Positions 1 through 11,846 of a stretch of DNA of 64,000 bases are shown here, piece by piece. Under the pieces are notes generated by a model. That model was not told where the DNA came from. It did not search any database and was given only the letters and a program-made list of their open reading frames with translations. The DNA comes from an uncultured Methanomassiliicoccales archaeon (GTDB taxonomy: Archaea; Thermoplasmatota; Thermoplasmata; Methanomassiliicoccales; UBA472). The stretch lies in contig OY968769.1 in NCBI GenBank assembly GCA_963695345.1, positions 992,001-1,056,000 on the forward strand, written 5' to 3'. Each line of letters starts with the position of its first letter. Position 1 is the stretch's first letter. Both the position numbers and the translations under genes were made by a program.

Positions 1-1277
1 TCGGGGCCACATCCGTTGAGGACCTTCTGGGGCGCCCGATCTCTGTATTTGCCGGACCCGGCTCGGAGCAATTGATAGAGAAGAGGAAAGACATCCTTTA
101 TGGCAGCCCGGGAACGGTCGCTCCTCTCCAAGAGGAGAAGTTCCGCCGCCTGGATGGAGGGATCATAGATGTGGAGGTGATGGCCACCAGCTACCTGGAG
201 GACATGCAGCCGACCGCCCAAGTGGTATTCCGTGACATCACTGAGCGCAAGCGACTGGAGAAGGAGCTCAGGGACAGCGAGGAGTTCTATCGCCGATTGA
301 TGTCCAACCTCTCCATCGGAGTGGTCGTCATCGATCCCGTGACCCGGACCATAGAAAGCGTGAACGAGACCGCCGCCGATCTGTTCGGTCGTTCTGAGAG
401 GGAGATCGTGGGCGACCTGTGCTATGAACATCTGTGTCCTGACTGCGAATGCGTTTGCCCCGTCTACGATGGCGGAATGGAGGTGAAGAACCTGGAGAGG
501 ACATTGATGAGCGCCAACGGCATCAGCCGTCCCATCCTGAAAACCGTCAAGAGGATCAACATACACGGGCAGGAACGGATGTTGGAATGTTTCATGGACA
601 TCACCGAACGGGAGCAGGCCCAATCTGCGCTGCGTGAGACCAACAAGAAGCTCAACCTCCTTTCCAATATCACCCGGCATGACATCAATAACCAGCTGAT
701 CGTCCTGACCGGATACTTGGGGCTGATGGAGAGGGTCCAGAACGCCGCGGCCTCCGATCAGTATCTGGGCAAGGCCCAGAAGGCCGCGGAACGGATTACC
801 GCCATGATCCAGTTCACCAAGACCTACGAGGACATCGGCATACACGCGCCTACCTGGCAGAACATCCACGACCTGGTGGAGAAATGCGCCATCGATATCA
901 ACCTTGGGGGGATCAGAATTGTGAACGATGTTCCCAGGAGGATGGAATTATTCGCCGATCCCCTGATCGGCAAGGTGTTCCTTAATCTGATCCAAAACGC
1001 CAAGATCCACGGAGGGGACATCAAGACCATCCGGTTCTCCGTGGAAGAACGAAATGGGGCGCGAGTCGTGATCTGCGAGGACGATGGTGTCGGCATCCTG
1101 CAAGACATGAAGGAGAAGCTGTTCACCAAGGGTTTCGGCAAGGGACACGGTTTCGGCCTCTTCCTATCTCGGGAGATCCTTTCGATCACGGGCATCAATA
1201 TGACAGAGGAGAGCGAGATAGGGAAGGGAGCTAAGTTCGTGATCTCCGTGCCCGCCGGCGGCATTAAGGCGGGTTGA
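1..1277 (+). CDS. PAS/PAC-domain sensor histidine kinase (5'-truncated by window edge)
   Basis: Frame is open back to base 3. Two PAC ends (RDITERK, MDITERE), H-box ITRHDINNQL, N-box NLIQNA, G-boxes DDGVGI and GHGFGLF. Confidence 0.92.
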   Translation, partial: GATSVEDLLGRPISVFAGPGSEQLIEKRKDILYGSPGTVAPLQEEKFRRLDGGIIDVEVMATSYLEDMQPTAQVVFRDITERKRLEKELRDSEEFYRRLMSNLSIGVVVIDPVTRTIESVNETAADLFGRSEREIVGDLCYEHLCPDCECVCPVYDGGMEVKNLERTLMSANGISRPILKTVKRINIHGQERMLECFMDITEREQAQSALRETNKKLNLLSNITRHDINNQLIVLTGYLGLMERVQNAAASDQYLGKAQKAAERITAMIQFTKTYEDIGIHAPTWQNIHDLVEKCAIDINLGGIRIVNDVPRRMELFADPLIGKVFLNLIQNAKIHGGDIKTIRFSVEERNGARVVICEDDGVGILQDMKEKLFTKGFGKGHGFGLFLSREILSITGINMTEESEIGKGAKFVISVPAGGIKAG

Positions 1278-1366
1278 TCCTCGCCTATAAAGGGCATACA
1301 ACTGTCGTGTGTGGTTTCGCCGACCTACCATTCAGCATTGAGATATTACCCGAATCGGGATTCGGG

Positions 1367-1828
1367 TCATTCTTGCACCTTCTGCTTCAGGCCATTGGCG
1401 AATCCCTCGGCTAGTTTGAGGTCTTCAGCGTTGGGTCTTCCCTTGTTCAGTCCCCCGAAGTACTTCAGGAAACTGTTGGTGTTGAAACCTCCACAATTGA
1501 ATTCATCAACGATGATGTAACCTTTCGGCTCCAATATCGTCCTGAGCGAGGAGTGGATCTGGTCGATCCTTCTGTCGAAGCTGGTCGAGAATATGAATAC
1601 CTTCTTTCCGGCGGCCGTTGGTATCCTATCGGCAAGGGCCAGCAGGTCCACGTGATGTTTTCCATCATAGATCCCCGAGCCAAACCCCACCAGGTCATAG
1701 GATCGAAGGTCTTCCGGACCTACCTCTCTAGGAGCAATTATCTGAGCGTCAAGTACTTCGGCGAAGACCTCAGCGACCTTCCGAGTGTTGTTATGATGAT
1801 ATGAGAACAGGACCAGTATGGATCTCAT
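1367..1828 (-). CDS. Flavodoxin family protein
   Basis: SYHHNNTRKVAE FMN-binding loop, DLVGFGSGIY, GRPNAEDL; start taken at MRSILV. Confidence 0.85.
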   Translation of the reverse strand: MRSILVLFSYHHNNTRKVAEVFAEVLDAQIIAPREVGPEDLRSYDLVGFGSGIYDGKHHVDLLALADRIPTAAGKKVFIFSTSFDRRIDQIHSSLRTILEPKGYIIVDEFNCGGFNTNSFLKYFGGLNKGRPNAEDLKLAEGFANGLKQKVQE

Positions 1829-2039
1829 GAGTGAAGATATTCCATTACGGTTATTGAATAGATGGTCGGGAGGTGCTGAGGTGCCTGCAAGCGAAAAAAA
1901 TGGATTGCGATCCCTTTCCTTCTTTCTCATCTGAATCCCAGCCGTTACGGGCGGGAACGACACCAGGGGCAGATTATTTCTAATCAGGAAGATGCATAAC
2001 ATTATTTGTGGAAGGACCCGACCCGATGGAGGAGAAAGT

Positions 2040-2999
2040 ATGAAAGGGGTTGTATGGACCAGATATGGACCTCCGGATGTCCTTCAATTGCAGGATCTGG
2101 AGACGCCGACCCCGAAGGACAACGAGGTCCTGGTCAAGGTCCGTGCGGCATCCATCAATTCATGGGACTGGGAGCTCCTCAAAGGTGTTGCCCAAGTCAA
2201 TCTGGGAGGCCGGCTGAAACCCCCGCACAAGATACTCGGATGCGACGTGGCGGGAACGGTCGAGGAAGTGGGCAGGAAGGTCACCCGCTTCAGCCCAGGT
2301 GATGAAGTGTTCGGGGACATCAATCAGGACGGCTGGGGCGGTTTCGCGGAATTCGTCTGCGCCAGACAGACCTCGCTAGCGAAGAAGACGGCTGGCCTAT
2401 CGTTCGAGCAGGCGGCTGCGATACCGCAGGCGGCTGGGCTCGCCCTCCAGGCCCTCCGGGACAAAGGGAAGATCCGGTCCGGACAGCGGGTCCTGATAAA
2501 CGGCGCGGGGGGCGGGGTGGGCACGTTCGCGGTCCAGATCGCGAGATCGTTCGGAGCTGTAGTTACGGGCGTGGACAGGGCGGAGAAACTGGACATGCTC
2601 CTTTCGATAGGCGTGGACCACGTGATCGATTACAAAAAGGAAGATTTCACCAGGAATGGCCAGGAATACGATCTGATCGTCGATGTCGTTTCCCATCGCT
2701 CGGTCTTCGAATACAAGCGTGCCCTTGCCCGCACAGGCATCTGCGTTCTTGTCGGAGGATCTGGAAGAGCCATCTTCGGGTCCATTTTCCTAGGCTCATG
2801 GATCCTCGGGGGAAGGAAGGTCGCTCTGCTTTTGTACAGACCGGATGTCCAGGATCTTGCACTGCTCGGTGAAATGACCGCAGCCGGAAAGATGGCACCG
2901 GTCATCGACAGGCGATACGCGCTCAACGAGGTCGCCGATGCGTTCCGATATTTCGAGAAAGGTAACGTAAAAGGTAAGATTGTCGTGAACGTTCAGTGA
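2040..2999 (+). CDS. MDR-family NAD(P)-dependent oxidoreductase (quinone reductase/ADH-like)
   Basis: YGPPDVLQ, GCDVAGTVEEVG, Rossmann INGAGGGVG, C-terminal GKIVV; GGAG SD before ATG 2040. Confidence 0.92.
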   Translation: MKGVVWTRYGPPDVLQLQDLETPTPKDNEVLVKVRAASINSWDWELLKGVAQVNLGGRLKPPHKILGCDVAGTVEEVGRKVTRFSPGDEVFGDINQDGWGGFAEFVCARQTSLAKKTAGLSFEQAAAIPQAAGLALQALRDKGKIRSGQRVLINGAGGGVGTFAVQIARSFGAVVTGVDRAEKLDMLLSIGVDHVIDYKKEDFTRNGQEYDLIVDVVSHRSVFEYKRALARTGICVLVGGSGRAIFGSIFLGSWILGGRKVALLLYRPDVQDLALLGEMTAAGKMAPVIDRRYALNEVADAFRYFEKGNVKGKIVVNVQ

Positions 3000-3028
3000 C
3001 CCGGGATCCATCTTCGGTCTGAGTTGCA

Positions 3029-3703
3029 TTACTTGTTCAGTTCCGGGGAGCCGGCCAATATCTCTGTGAGGATCCTTCTTTCCGCCTTTCTCAAGTGCTC
3101 CAGAAGAGTTGGCTTGCTGATGTTCACCTTCTCTGCCAACCGTTCACTGCTTATTCCAGTGGGTATGTCGTAGTACCCGTATTTGTAAGCGGCGGCCAAT
3201 ATCTCCCTTTGCTTGTCGGTCAGAATGGAAAGGATGTGCTTCTTTTCATAGGTCGATTGTTTGAATGAAATGTTGACGACCTTACCGACACGGGCTTTCA
3301 CCATTTCGACGAATCTCTTCATGTCCTTCTGATTGCTGATGAAGCTGACGATGACCTTACCCTCGGATATCAGGCTGGGGGCGGTGTAGATGAGGTTCAG
3401 CTCTGACCCGCCGAAGGCATCGCTGGCAGCCTCCGTTTGGTGTCCCAATACCAAACAGATGTGCTTGTTGCCTTCGGACCGGATCACGCTGAGGATGTCC
3501 ATGTCGCCTATCGTGGTCAGCTCGTCGATCGATACGTTATCCTTCAGATGACATTCGATGAGATCCACATAGATGCTCTTCTCACGGTCCATCTTCAAGA
3601 CCTCCAGGACCTCATAGGATCTGATGTGGGTGAACAGCGACCTCTGGGCTTCCTTCGTGGCCTCGTACGGCTCTATCTCGACGATCACCTTCCGCATCGG
3701 CAT
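3029..3703 (-). CDS. Bacterio-opsin-activator-type (HTH_10) transcriptional regulator
   Basis: C-terminal LTDKQREILAAAYKYGYYDIP...LAEKVNISKPTLLEHLRKAE is the archaeal HTH_10 pattern. Confidence 0.88.
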   Translation of the reverse strand: MPMRKVIVEIEPYEATKEAQRSLFTHIRSYEVLEVLKMDREKSIYVDLIECHLKDNVSIDELTTIGDMDILSVIRSEGNKHICLVLGHQTEAASDAFGGSELNLIYTAPSLISEGKVIVSFISNQKDMKRFVEMVKARVGKVVNISFKQSTYEKKHILSILTDKQREILAAAYKYGYYDIPTGISSERLAEKVNISKPTLLEHLRKAERRILTEILAGSPELNK

Positions 3704-3811
3704 GCTAGCGTTATGCTTGTACTTTGTATATAAAGTGCCATATATGCCTGGCTCAAATTCTTAGTATTTTTCAATCGTTCTGTCTCCTTAGGAATAGTCC
3801 TAAGTGAGAAA

Positions 3812-4549
3812 ATGACAGAAAGATACTATAGAAAAACAGCAGCGATCGTGGGAGCGTTGTTCATCATAGCAACCGCAACTTCAGTGGCCACCGTTCCTTT
3901 TTTGGGCTCAGCCCTTGACGGTCATGATTTTATCCTGAAAATATCCGATAATGAGAACGGAATCAATATGGCATCGATGCTCATGATCATCCTGGCCACC
4001 TCGTTGGTCGGTATCGGGGCTTTGATGTTCCCGGTCCTTAGGGAACAATCCGAGGGTCTCGGAATGGCATATGTCGGGATCAGACTGGTGGAAGGGATCT
4101 TCATAGTTCTAAGCTCGGTATGCCTTCTTGGGATGCTTTCGATGGGTCAGGATTATGCGGCTGGACGTCTGGACCAGGCCAGCTCCCAATCGGTGGGGGC
4201 CTTACTGAGCTCGATACGTGATTGGTCACTTATGTTCGGTACGTTGTTCTTCCTGAGCCTGGGCGGCCTGGTGCTGAACTACGTACTATATCGATCGAGA
4301 CTGGTGCCGCGATGGCTTTCGGCATGGGGCCTCGTCGGGGGCGTTGGCATCCTGATATACGGCACAATGGGTCTCTTCGGCACTGATACGAACTCGTTTG
4401 ACACCGCTTCCCTGTTGGCCGCTCCGATCGCGGTACAGGAGATGGTGTTCGCCTCGTGGCTGATAATAAAGGGATTCAACACCCCGATCAGGGCCAAGGA
4501 GAAGGCCGAGATGGGAAGCGAGCCGGTCAACTCCCTATCAAAAGCCTGA
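3812..4549 (+). CDS. DUF4386 family membrane protein
   Basis: TAAIVGALFIIAT start, YRSRLVPRWLSAWG, APIAVQEMVFASWLIIKGF; multiple TM segments. Confidence 0.85.
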   Translation: MTERYYRKTAAIVGALFIIATATSVATVPFLGSALDGHDFILKISDNENGINMASMLMIILATSLVGIGALMFPVLREQSEGLGMAYVGIRLVEGIFIVLSSVCLLGMLSMGQDYAAGRLDQASSQSVGALLSSIRDWSLMFGTLFFLSLGGLVLNYVLYRSRLVPRWLSAWGLVGGVGILIYGTMGLFGTDTNSFDTASLLAAPIAVQEMVFASWLIIKGFNTPIRAKEKAEMGSEPVNSLSKA

Positions 4550-4847
4550 AGCGACCCCCTATGATAAGTACCTAAAAGACAAACCCTTTCAGTATTTCCT
4601 CAACGATCGATCAGTTTCTTCTCAGCTCTGGAATCGCCGCAAGGCCCGACCGTATACACCATCTCGAATCGGACACCCTGACCCGACTGTCACTTTGCCA
4701 TGGTGATGCCAGCATTGGGCATTATACTACAACCAAAGCGGACCAAGGCCATTGTTTTACCGAAGCCCATCCAATGAGCGTTCTTACCATGCCACCTCCC
4801 GGTACACCGTCTAAGGATCCTAATAAAAAGACGAAATGCACAAATGG

Positions 4848-6458
<1,611 letters not shown>

Positions 6459-6513
6459 CTAGACCCATATCACAAGTTATCTCCTGCCGTCCCCTGAAGT
6501 TCTGACCCTCGCC

Positions 6514-6783
6514 TCAATAGACCCTTTTCAGCATCCTCTGGTATTCCGCCTCCGCCATCTTATCGAACCATTCCGATTGCCGGAAGAGGACAAGCCCGTG
6601 CGAGATCACTCCCAGCCCCCAGAAGAACACAACGAACAGGAACCATGGGAATCCACCTCCGCCATTCCACCAAAGCGCGAACAGCAGGACGTTGACGATC
6701 GTGTACAAAGTCAGGTCGGAGTAGAAATTGATCTTGGCCTCCGCCCTCTTTCTGGCTCGTATCAATAGCTCCTCGTCTTCCAT
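6514..6783 (-). CDS. 2TM domain-containing protein
   Basis: ARKRAEAKINFYSDLTLYTIVN...PWFLFVVFFWGLGVISHG matches the 2TM family pattern. Confidence 0.8.
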   Translation of the reverse strand: MEDEELLIRARKRAEAKINFYSDLTLYTIVNVLLFALWWNGGGGFPWFLFVVFFWGLGVISHGLVLFRQSEWFDKMAEAEYQRMLKRVY

Positions 6784-6786
6784 GCC

Positions 6787-6963
6787 TTACCCCTCCTCTT
6801 GCCGTGCCTTCTTCTTGGTCAGGACGTTCATCAATGCACAAACGCCCCTGTTGAATGGACATACCCCCACGTACCGGTGGCTCCCATCAGGGTTACGGGT
6901 CCATCTCCGTCGTCCTGCAGTCTCCCTTCCCTTCCCCTCTTGCCTTCTTTTGTTCTCTTTCAT
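6787..6963 (-). CDS. Small basic hypothetical protein (58 aa)
   Basis: GAGGTG SD before ATG 6963; ends 3 nt before the 2TM gene; contains CPFNRGVC. Confidence 0.45.
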   Translation of the reverse strand: MKENKRRQEGKGRETAGRRRWTRNPDGSHRYVGVCPFNRGVCALMNVLTKKKARQEEG

Positions 6964-7165
6964 CTCGTACACCTCTAGGCAACGCATCATCGCGCCGCAA
7001 GGAAACAATCCGTGCCAGGGGATTTATGGAGGTGCTCCAAAGGCGGGAGTAAAACAACCGAAAATGACGTGAAAAATTACTCTTTATTGTTCATGAGGTG
7101 AACTAAAAAGGTAAACCGTGACCGATCGTCCGGATACTGGTATGTTCACCGGAGCAGTTGGCCGG

Positions 7166-8092
7166 TCATTTCCCGGACACCCTCTCTTTTAGCAGCCGGT
7201 CCCTCCAGGTTTCAAGGGACCAATGATCTTGGACGATGCCCGACCTGACGTCCCTGACCACATCATCTGCCTTGAGCGCCCCGATGATCTCGTTATGCTG
7301 ACCGACCGTGGGAGCCCAGCAATAGCCACAAACGTAGTCCAGCTCGTTGCTGTGAACAAAAGTGAATATAAATCTTGCCCCGAAACGCTTATTGAGAGTG
7401 TTGATGAACTCGTTCCGGTCGACCCCTGGCTTGAGGTCGATCCTGATGATGAAGCTCGCTCCCGCCGTTCGTGCCGGGTCCCATTCAAAACCGTATTCGA
7501 TGGACCCCTCCTTCTCCATCGCTTCCAAACGGTATCTGGCTGTCTTGGGGGTGATGTCGATCTCGTCTGCCACGTCGATAATCGGTTTACGTGAATTCTG
7601 ATGCAGGGAATTGATGATGCGATAGTCTATCCTGCTCAATTCCCGGTCGCCGGTGAATTCTTTCTCCAGGAGCCTCGTACCAACGTATATTCTCATGGAT
7701 AAGGTCACTTTGGGCCGTGGCATCTTGAGCGCGTCCCTGATCTTTTCTACCGTTGGCCCGAGGTCGTCGATCCTTTTTAAGATGAGCGTCAGGGAGGTAA
7801 GATTGGCCGCCGAGATGAGGACTGAACTTATTGAGCCGATAGTTCTCAATCGGTCGAGGGTGCCTTCCACCGATTGGCATTCGCAGACGCCGTCAACCTG
7901 GGCATTGACCGCCCCCAAATAACTGCGTGAGATGTTGGCGGTGAACCCGTTGATAACCTTCTGATCCACCAGGGATTGCATCCTCCGGTGCACACCGGCC
8001 ACACCGATCCCCAGCTCGGCCGCTATGTCACGCTGAGGGATCCTGGAGTTTGCGGACAAGAGCTGGCAAATGCTGAGGTCTATCTCGTCCAT
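7166..8092 (-). CDS. Tandem double-domain Lrp/AsnC family transcriptional regulator
   Basis: Two AsnC wHTH repeats: MDEIDLSICQLLSANSRIP and LSRIDYRIINSLHQNSRKP. Confidence 0.88.
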   Translation of the reverse strand: MDEIDLSICQLLSANSRIPQRDIAAELGIGVAGVHRRMQSLVDQKVINGFTANISRSYLGAVNAQVDGVCECQSVEGTLDRLRTIGSISSVLISAANLTSLTLILKRIDDLGPTVEKIRDALKMPRPKVTLSMRIYVGTRLLEKEFTGDRELSRIDYRIINSLHQNSRKPIIDVADEIDITPKTARYRLEAMEKEGSIEYGFEWDPARTAGASFIIRIDLKPGVDRNEFINTLNKRFGARFIFTFVHSNELDYVCGYCWAPTVGQHNEIIGALKADDVVRDVRSGIVQDHWSLETWRDRLLKERVSGK

Positions 8093-8097
8093 TCAGG

Positions 8098-8111
8098 TGA
8101 TACTAGTATCA
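8098..8111. promoter_or_regulatory. Perfect 14-bp palindrome TGATACTAGTATCA, candidate operator
   Basis: Lies 5 nt upstream of the Lrp start codon in the divergent promoter region. Confidence 0.45.
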
Positions 8112-8234
8112 TAGTGGTTAATATCAATTTGTAAGGGCGAGATCGTCGGATTGGAATCGGCTTGACGCAATCAACGAACTCACGGATTCCATACTTTTAT
8201 CCAGAAAAACACTAATGTAAACAAAGGAGGGATC

Positions 8235-8711
8235 GTGACCGATAAATCGCCCCTGAACATCATTGGATTGGGTATCGTCGGCGGAATCGCAGGCACCATC
8301 CTAATGGATATTGTCATGGTCCTGACTTTCATTTTGGCCGGTCAACCGGCAGACACGTTCTTCTCCATGGTCGGTGAAAAGGTTGGCTATGGGGCAGCGG
8401 TCGGAGTTTTGGTCCACAACCTGGTCGGCCTCACTGGAGGATTTGTCTTTTCCTTATTGGTCATAAATATCAAGGCACTTGGCATCGATAGCGTACGCAA
8501 AGGACTGATGCTTGGCATTGCCACTGGGGCTTTGACCATACCCCTGGGCTGCATTCCACTCGCGATATGGCTTGGTCAGCCGATACCCGTAGTGATCGCC
8601 TTTTCGTTGCTCCCCCACCTCGTGTGGGGAACAGCACTCGGATGGACCGTCGCCTATGGGCATCTTTCCTACCGAAGTCGATCTGGTACCGGAACCAGGC
8701 CCGATCAGTAG
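8235..8711 (+). CDS. Hypothetical 4-TM membrane protein
   Basis: AAGGAGG SD before GTG; four hydrophobic helices, with His in VHNLVG and PHLVWG. Confidence 0.75.
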   Translation: MTDKSPLNIIGLGIVGGIAGTILMDIVMVLTFILAGQPADTFFSMVGEKVGYGAAVGVLVHNLVGLTGGFVFSLLVINIKALGIDSVRKGLMLGIATGALTIPLGCIPLAIWLGQPIPVVIAFSLLPHLVWGTALGWTVAYGHLSYRSRSGTGTRPDQ

Positions 8712-8809
8712 AGAAAAAGTCTCATTTCCCCTGATTCCCTCACATTCGATGAGCCTTGCTTAAAACGAAAAATGGGTCAAATAGAAATCGAACAAAATAA
8801 GAAGGAAGA

Positions 8810-8887
8810 TGGCGGGCCCGATGGGATTCGAACCCATGGCCTATCGGTTAAGAGCCGATCGCTCAAACCTAGCTGAGCTACGGGCCC
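8810..8887 (-). tRNA. tRNA-Lys(CTT)
   Basis: Reverse complement GGGCCCGTAGCTCAG...ATCGG-CTCTTAA-CCGAT...GGTTCGAATCCC...CGGGCCCG-CCA: 7-bp acceptor stem, CTT anticodon, encoded CCA, no intron. Confidence 0.97.
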
Positions 8888-8965
8888 CGCGAATTCGTGG
8901 TATTGGTTGAAAATACATAAACATATCGCCCGCGATGATCAATAGTCGTCATCGTCCATGACAAG

Positions 8966-9655
8966 TTATTGCATGCCATTGATGCTTGGCATGATCTCGA
9001 CGGCCTTGCCGGTTTTCACCAGTTCGCAACCGATGGACGCCGGAAGGCTGACCACGTCCTCCTTCGCGAACACATAGACCCGGGCCCCCGACGGCCATGA
9101 CGGAATATCCTGCAGGATCCGGACGAAGACGTTCAGATAGGATGACGGCCCGCTCTGGGCGGACACGCCCGGAGTATTCCCTCGGGCAGCGGACTCCGCC
9201 TCCATTGTCGCAACCAGTCCGCAAACGGATTCGTCGGGGGTGGTCCGCATCGGGACATAGCCTTGACCTTCCATCGCAGCCGTTTTGACCGCCTTCAGCC
9301 TGTCCGTTATGTCTCCATAGAAATGCTTCTCCTCATCGGTCAATCTGGAGACGTCGCCCTTCCCCCCGCTGAGCTCTCGCAGGGCCATGAGCATGACCTT
9401 CCTCTGTCTGGAGATGAATATCTGGTTGCCTTTCTGGGTGACCTTCTTCACCTCATTCTGCATCGATGAGGCCTTCATGGAGTATGGGTCGCGTCTTATC
9501 TCTTCCTCACTTTCCCTTTTCATCCTCTCGAGGTATTCGCGGAGAGAAGGATAGAAATCCTTCCTGATCTCGCTGAGCTGTGTCGAATCCTGCTCCGTCC
9601 GAGCAATCTTGGTGATGTCATTGTAACTTAGGGGAGGAAGCTGACCGTTGCTCAT
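8966..9655 (-). CDS. DNA replication GINS subunit (Gins51/Gins15-like)
   Basis: Helical A domain (LSEIRKDFY...RQRKV...LTDEEK) plus C-terminal B domain (VRILQDIP...KEDVVSLP...LVKTGKAVEI). Confidence 0.8.
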   Translation of the reverse strand: MSNGQLPPLSYNDITKIARTEQDSTQLSEIRKDFYPSLREYLERMKRESEEEIRRDPYSMKASSMQNEVKKVTQKGNQIFISRQRKVMLMALRELSGGKGDVSRLTDEEKHFYGDITDRLKAVKTAAMEGQGYVPMRTTPDESVCGLVATMEAESAARGNTPGVSAQSGPSSYLNVFVRILQDIPSWPSGARVYVFAKEDVVSLPASIGCELVKTGKAVEIMPSINGMQ

Positions 9656-9766
9656 CGTCGGATAGATTTGGTTGATTGTATTTGAGGGTTCTCCAGTCGG
9701 TTTTTCCATACTGTTCTTGATATCGGGAAGGCAACCTTTTTTTAAGTGGCAGGAGCTTGCTCGCCC

Positions 9767-10060
9767 GTGGACTTCTCCAAGGCGGTCCGGGAGACCAAGG
9801 AGGGCACCGAGATCGATGTCATGGTTTCCCCGCATTCGAACTCGTCCGGCATCCAGGGTATCGATGAGTGGAGAGACCGCATAATTGTCAAGATAAGGGC
9901 GCCTCCGGAAGCGGGAAAGGCGAACAAGGAGCTCATCGAAATGTTCTCAGGACTGCTGGGGAATGCAGAACTGGGCCGGGGCTCCACGAACCGCATGAAG
10001 ACCGTCGTGGTGAACAAGCCGCGCGACGAGGTCCTGAGGATATTGGAGGGAAAGGCATGA
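9767..10060 (+). CDS. DUF167/YggU (UPF0235) protein
   Basis: VMVSPHS...KIRAPPEAGKANKEL...GSTNRMK; GTG start chosen about 25 nt after a T-rich TATA-like element. Confidence 0.85.
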   Translation: MDFSKAVRETKEGTEIDVMVSPHSNSSGIQGIDEWRDRIIVKIRAPPEAGKANKELIEMFSGLLGNAELGRGSTNRMKTVVVNKPRDEVLRILEGKA

Positions 10061-10479
10061 TGCGCCGGCCGAAGGAGGCGCTGGAGCAACTGACCGCCAT
10101 CCTGGACGACCTGGAATCCCGGCCGGAGGACGTGGTCCTGCTGGTGGAAGGAAAACGGGACCGAGGGGCCATGAACCTCCTGGGGGTCCACGGGGAGATC
10201 GTCCAGGTACAGACCAGCAATGGCATCTTGGGCATCGCCGAGGACCTGGCATTGAGGCACAGGAAGGCGATCATCCTGACCGACTGGGACCGGAAGGGGG
10301 GACAGCTCTGCCTATTGCTGAAGAACGCGCTCAAGGCCAACGGGGTCGAGCACGATGCGATCACCCGTTCCCGTCTGGTCCACATCGTGGGAGGGGAGAT
10401 CAAGGACATCGAGTCGCTTCCCTCGTTCTTCTCACGTCTGGTGGCCCAGGTCAACGGGCCGGCCTCCTGCGAACCCTGA
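10057..10479 (+). CDS. Small Toprim-domain protein
   Basis: LVEGKRD and LTDWDRKG Toprim motifs; ATGA overlap with the DUF167 gene. Confidence 0.87.
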   Translation: MMRRPKEALEQLTAILDDLESRPEDVVLLVEGKRDRGAMNLLGVHGEIVQVQTSNGILGIAEDLALRHRKAIILTDWDRKGGQLCLLLKNALKANGVEHDAITRSRLVHIVGGEIKDIESLPSFFSRLVAQVNGPASCEP

Positions 10480-10523
10480 GCAATTATCTATTTATCAGCC
10501 CCACTGCGTAGTCCTTGCCCGGC

Positions 10524-11846
10524 ATGACCATCGACGGCAGGATGTTGAAGGAGCTGGGTATCGAGGACGTCGAAGCACTTTTCTCCGATATCCCGAGCGA
10601 AATCCGGAAGGACCGGCTCGACATGCCGGACGGGCTGGACGAGCATGAGGTGATCAGGACCATCAGGGAAATGATGTCGTCGGACCTGAACTCGGAGAGG
10701 GCCCCCTGCTTCCTCGGCGCCGGCATCTACGACCATTTCATACCCGCGGCGGTCAAAAGCATCATCATGCGCTCGGAGTTCATCACCGCCTATACGCCCT
10801 ATCAGGCGGAGATAAGCCAGGGAATGCTCCAATCAATGTTCGAATATCAGAGTCTGGTCTCAGAGCTCACCGGAATGGATGTGGTCAACTCATCGAACTA
10901 CGACGCCTCGACCGCGTTGGGGGAGGCGGCCACCATGTGCCACCGCATCCTTCCGAAGAAAAAGTTCCTGATCCCGGAGGCGCTGTCCTGGGAGAGGAAG
11001 AGCGTTCTCCGTAACTATCTCCAGGGCCCCCGTCTGGAGGCGGTGGAGTATGGTTACGACCCCTACACCGGAGGCCTCGATCCCGACTCCCTGGCAAAAA
11101 AGATGGATGGGGATGTCTTCGGCATCTACGCCGAGGTGCCGAACCTCTTCGGGGTCATCGACCCGGCCGTCATGCAGCTCAAGAAAAGGTTCCCCGATGT
11201 ACCGGTGGTCATCGGGGTGGATCCCATCTCCCTTGGCCTGCTCACCCCTCCCGGGGAATACGGGGCCGACATAGTCATAGGCGAAGGCCAGTCCCTGGGG
11301 TCGCCGATGAGCTTCGGCGGACCCCTGCTGGGCATCTTCGCCTGCAGGAAGGAACATGTCAGAAAGATGCCTGGCCGGCTCATCGGGATGACCCGGGACA
11401 ATTCCGGGGAACGGGCGTTCTGCATGACCCTGCAGACCAGGGAACAGCACATCCGCCGCTCCAAGGCCACATCCAATATCTGCACCAACGAGGCGTTGAT
11501 GGCAGTGGCGGCGGCGGTCTACCTGAGCGTGGTCGGGCCGAAAGGTCTGGAGGCCATCGCCAAGGCCAACATCATCAACTCCAGGAGCCTGATGGCCAGG
11601 ATCGACGACCTGCCGGGTTTCGACGCCCCGGTCTTCAAGGCATACCATTTCAACGAGTTCGTCGTCCGCACCAGCGTGCGGCCGGAGAGACTGAACAAGC
11701 ACCTGGCCCGAAAAGGGATCATCGGAGGTCTAGACCTGGTGCGCCACATACCCCGGATGAACGAGCACATGCTGTTCACCACCACCGAGACCCACTCTGA
11801 GGCGGACCATGACCGGTTGATCGCCGCCCTCAGGGAGGTGGTGTGA
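10524..11846 (+). CDS. gcvPA: Glycine cleavage system P protein subunit 1
   Basis: FLGAGIYDH, TAYTPYQAEISQG, LQTREQHIRRSKATSNICTN. Confidence 0.96.
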   Translation: MTIDGRMLKELGIEDVEALFSDIPSEIRKDRLDMPDGLDEHEVIRTIREMMSSDLNSERAPCFLGAGIYDHFIPAAVKSIIMRSEFITAYTPYQAEISQGMLQSMFEYQSLVSELTGMDVVNSSNYDASTALGEAATMCHRILPKKKFLIPEALSWERKSVLRNYLQGPRLEAVEYGYDPYTGGLDPDSLAKKMDGDVFGIYAEVPNLFGVIDPAVMQLKKRFPDVPVVIGVDPISLGLLTPPGEYGADIVIGEGQSLGSPMSFGGPLLGIFACRKEHVRKMPGRLIGMTRDNSGERAFCMTLQTREQHIRRSKATSNICTNEALMAVAAAVYLSVVGPKGLEAIAKANIINSRSLMARIDDLPGFDAPVFKAYHFNEFVVRTSVRPERLNKHLARKGIIGGLDLVRHIPRMNEHMLFTTTETHSEADHDRLIAALREVV

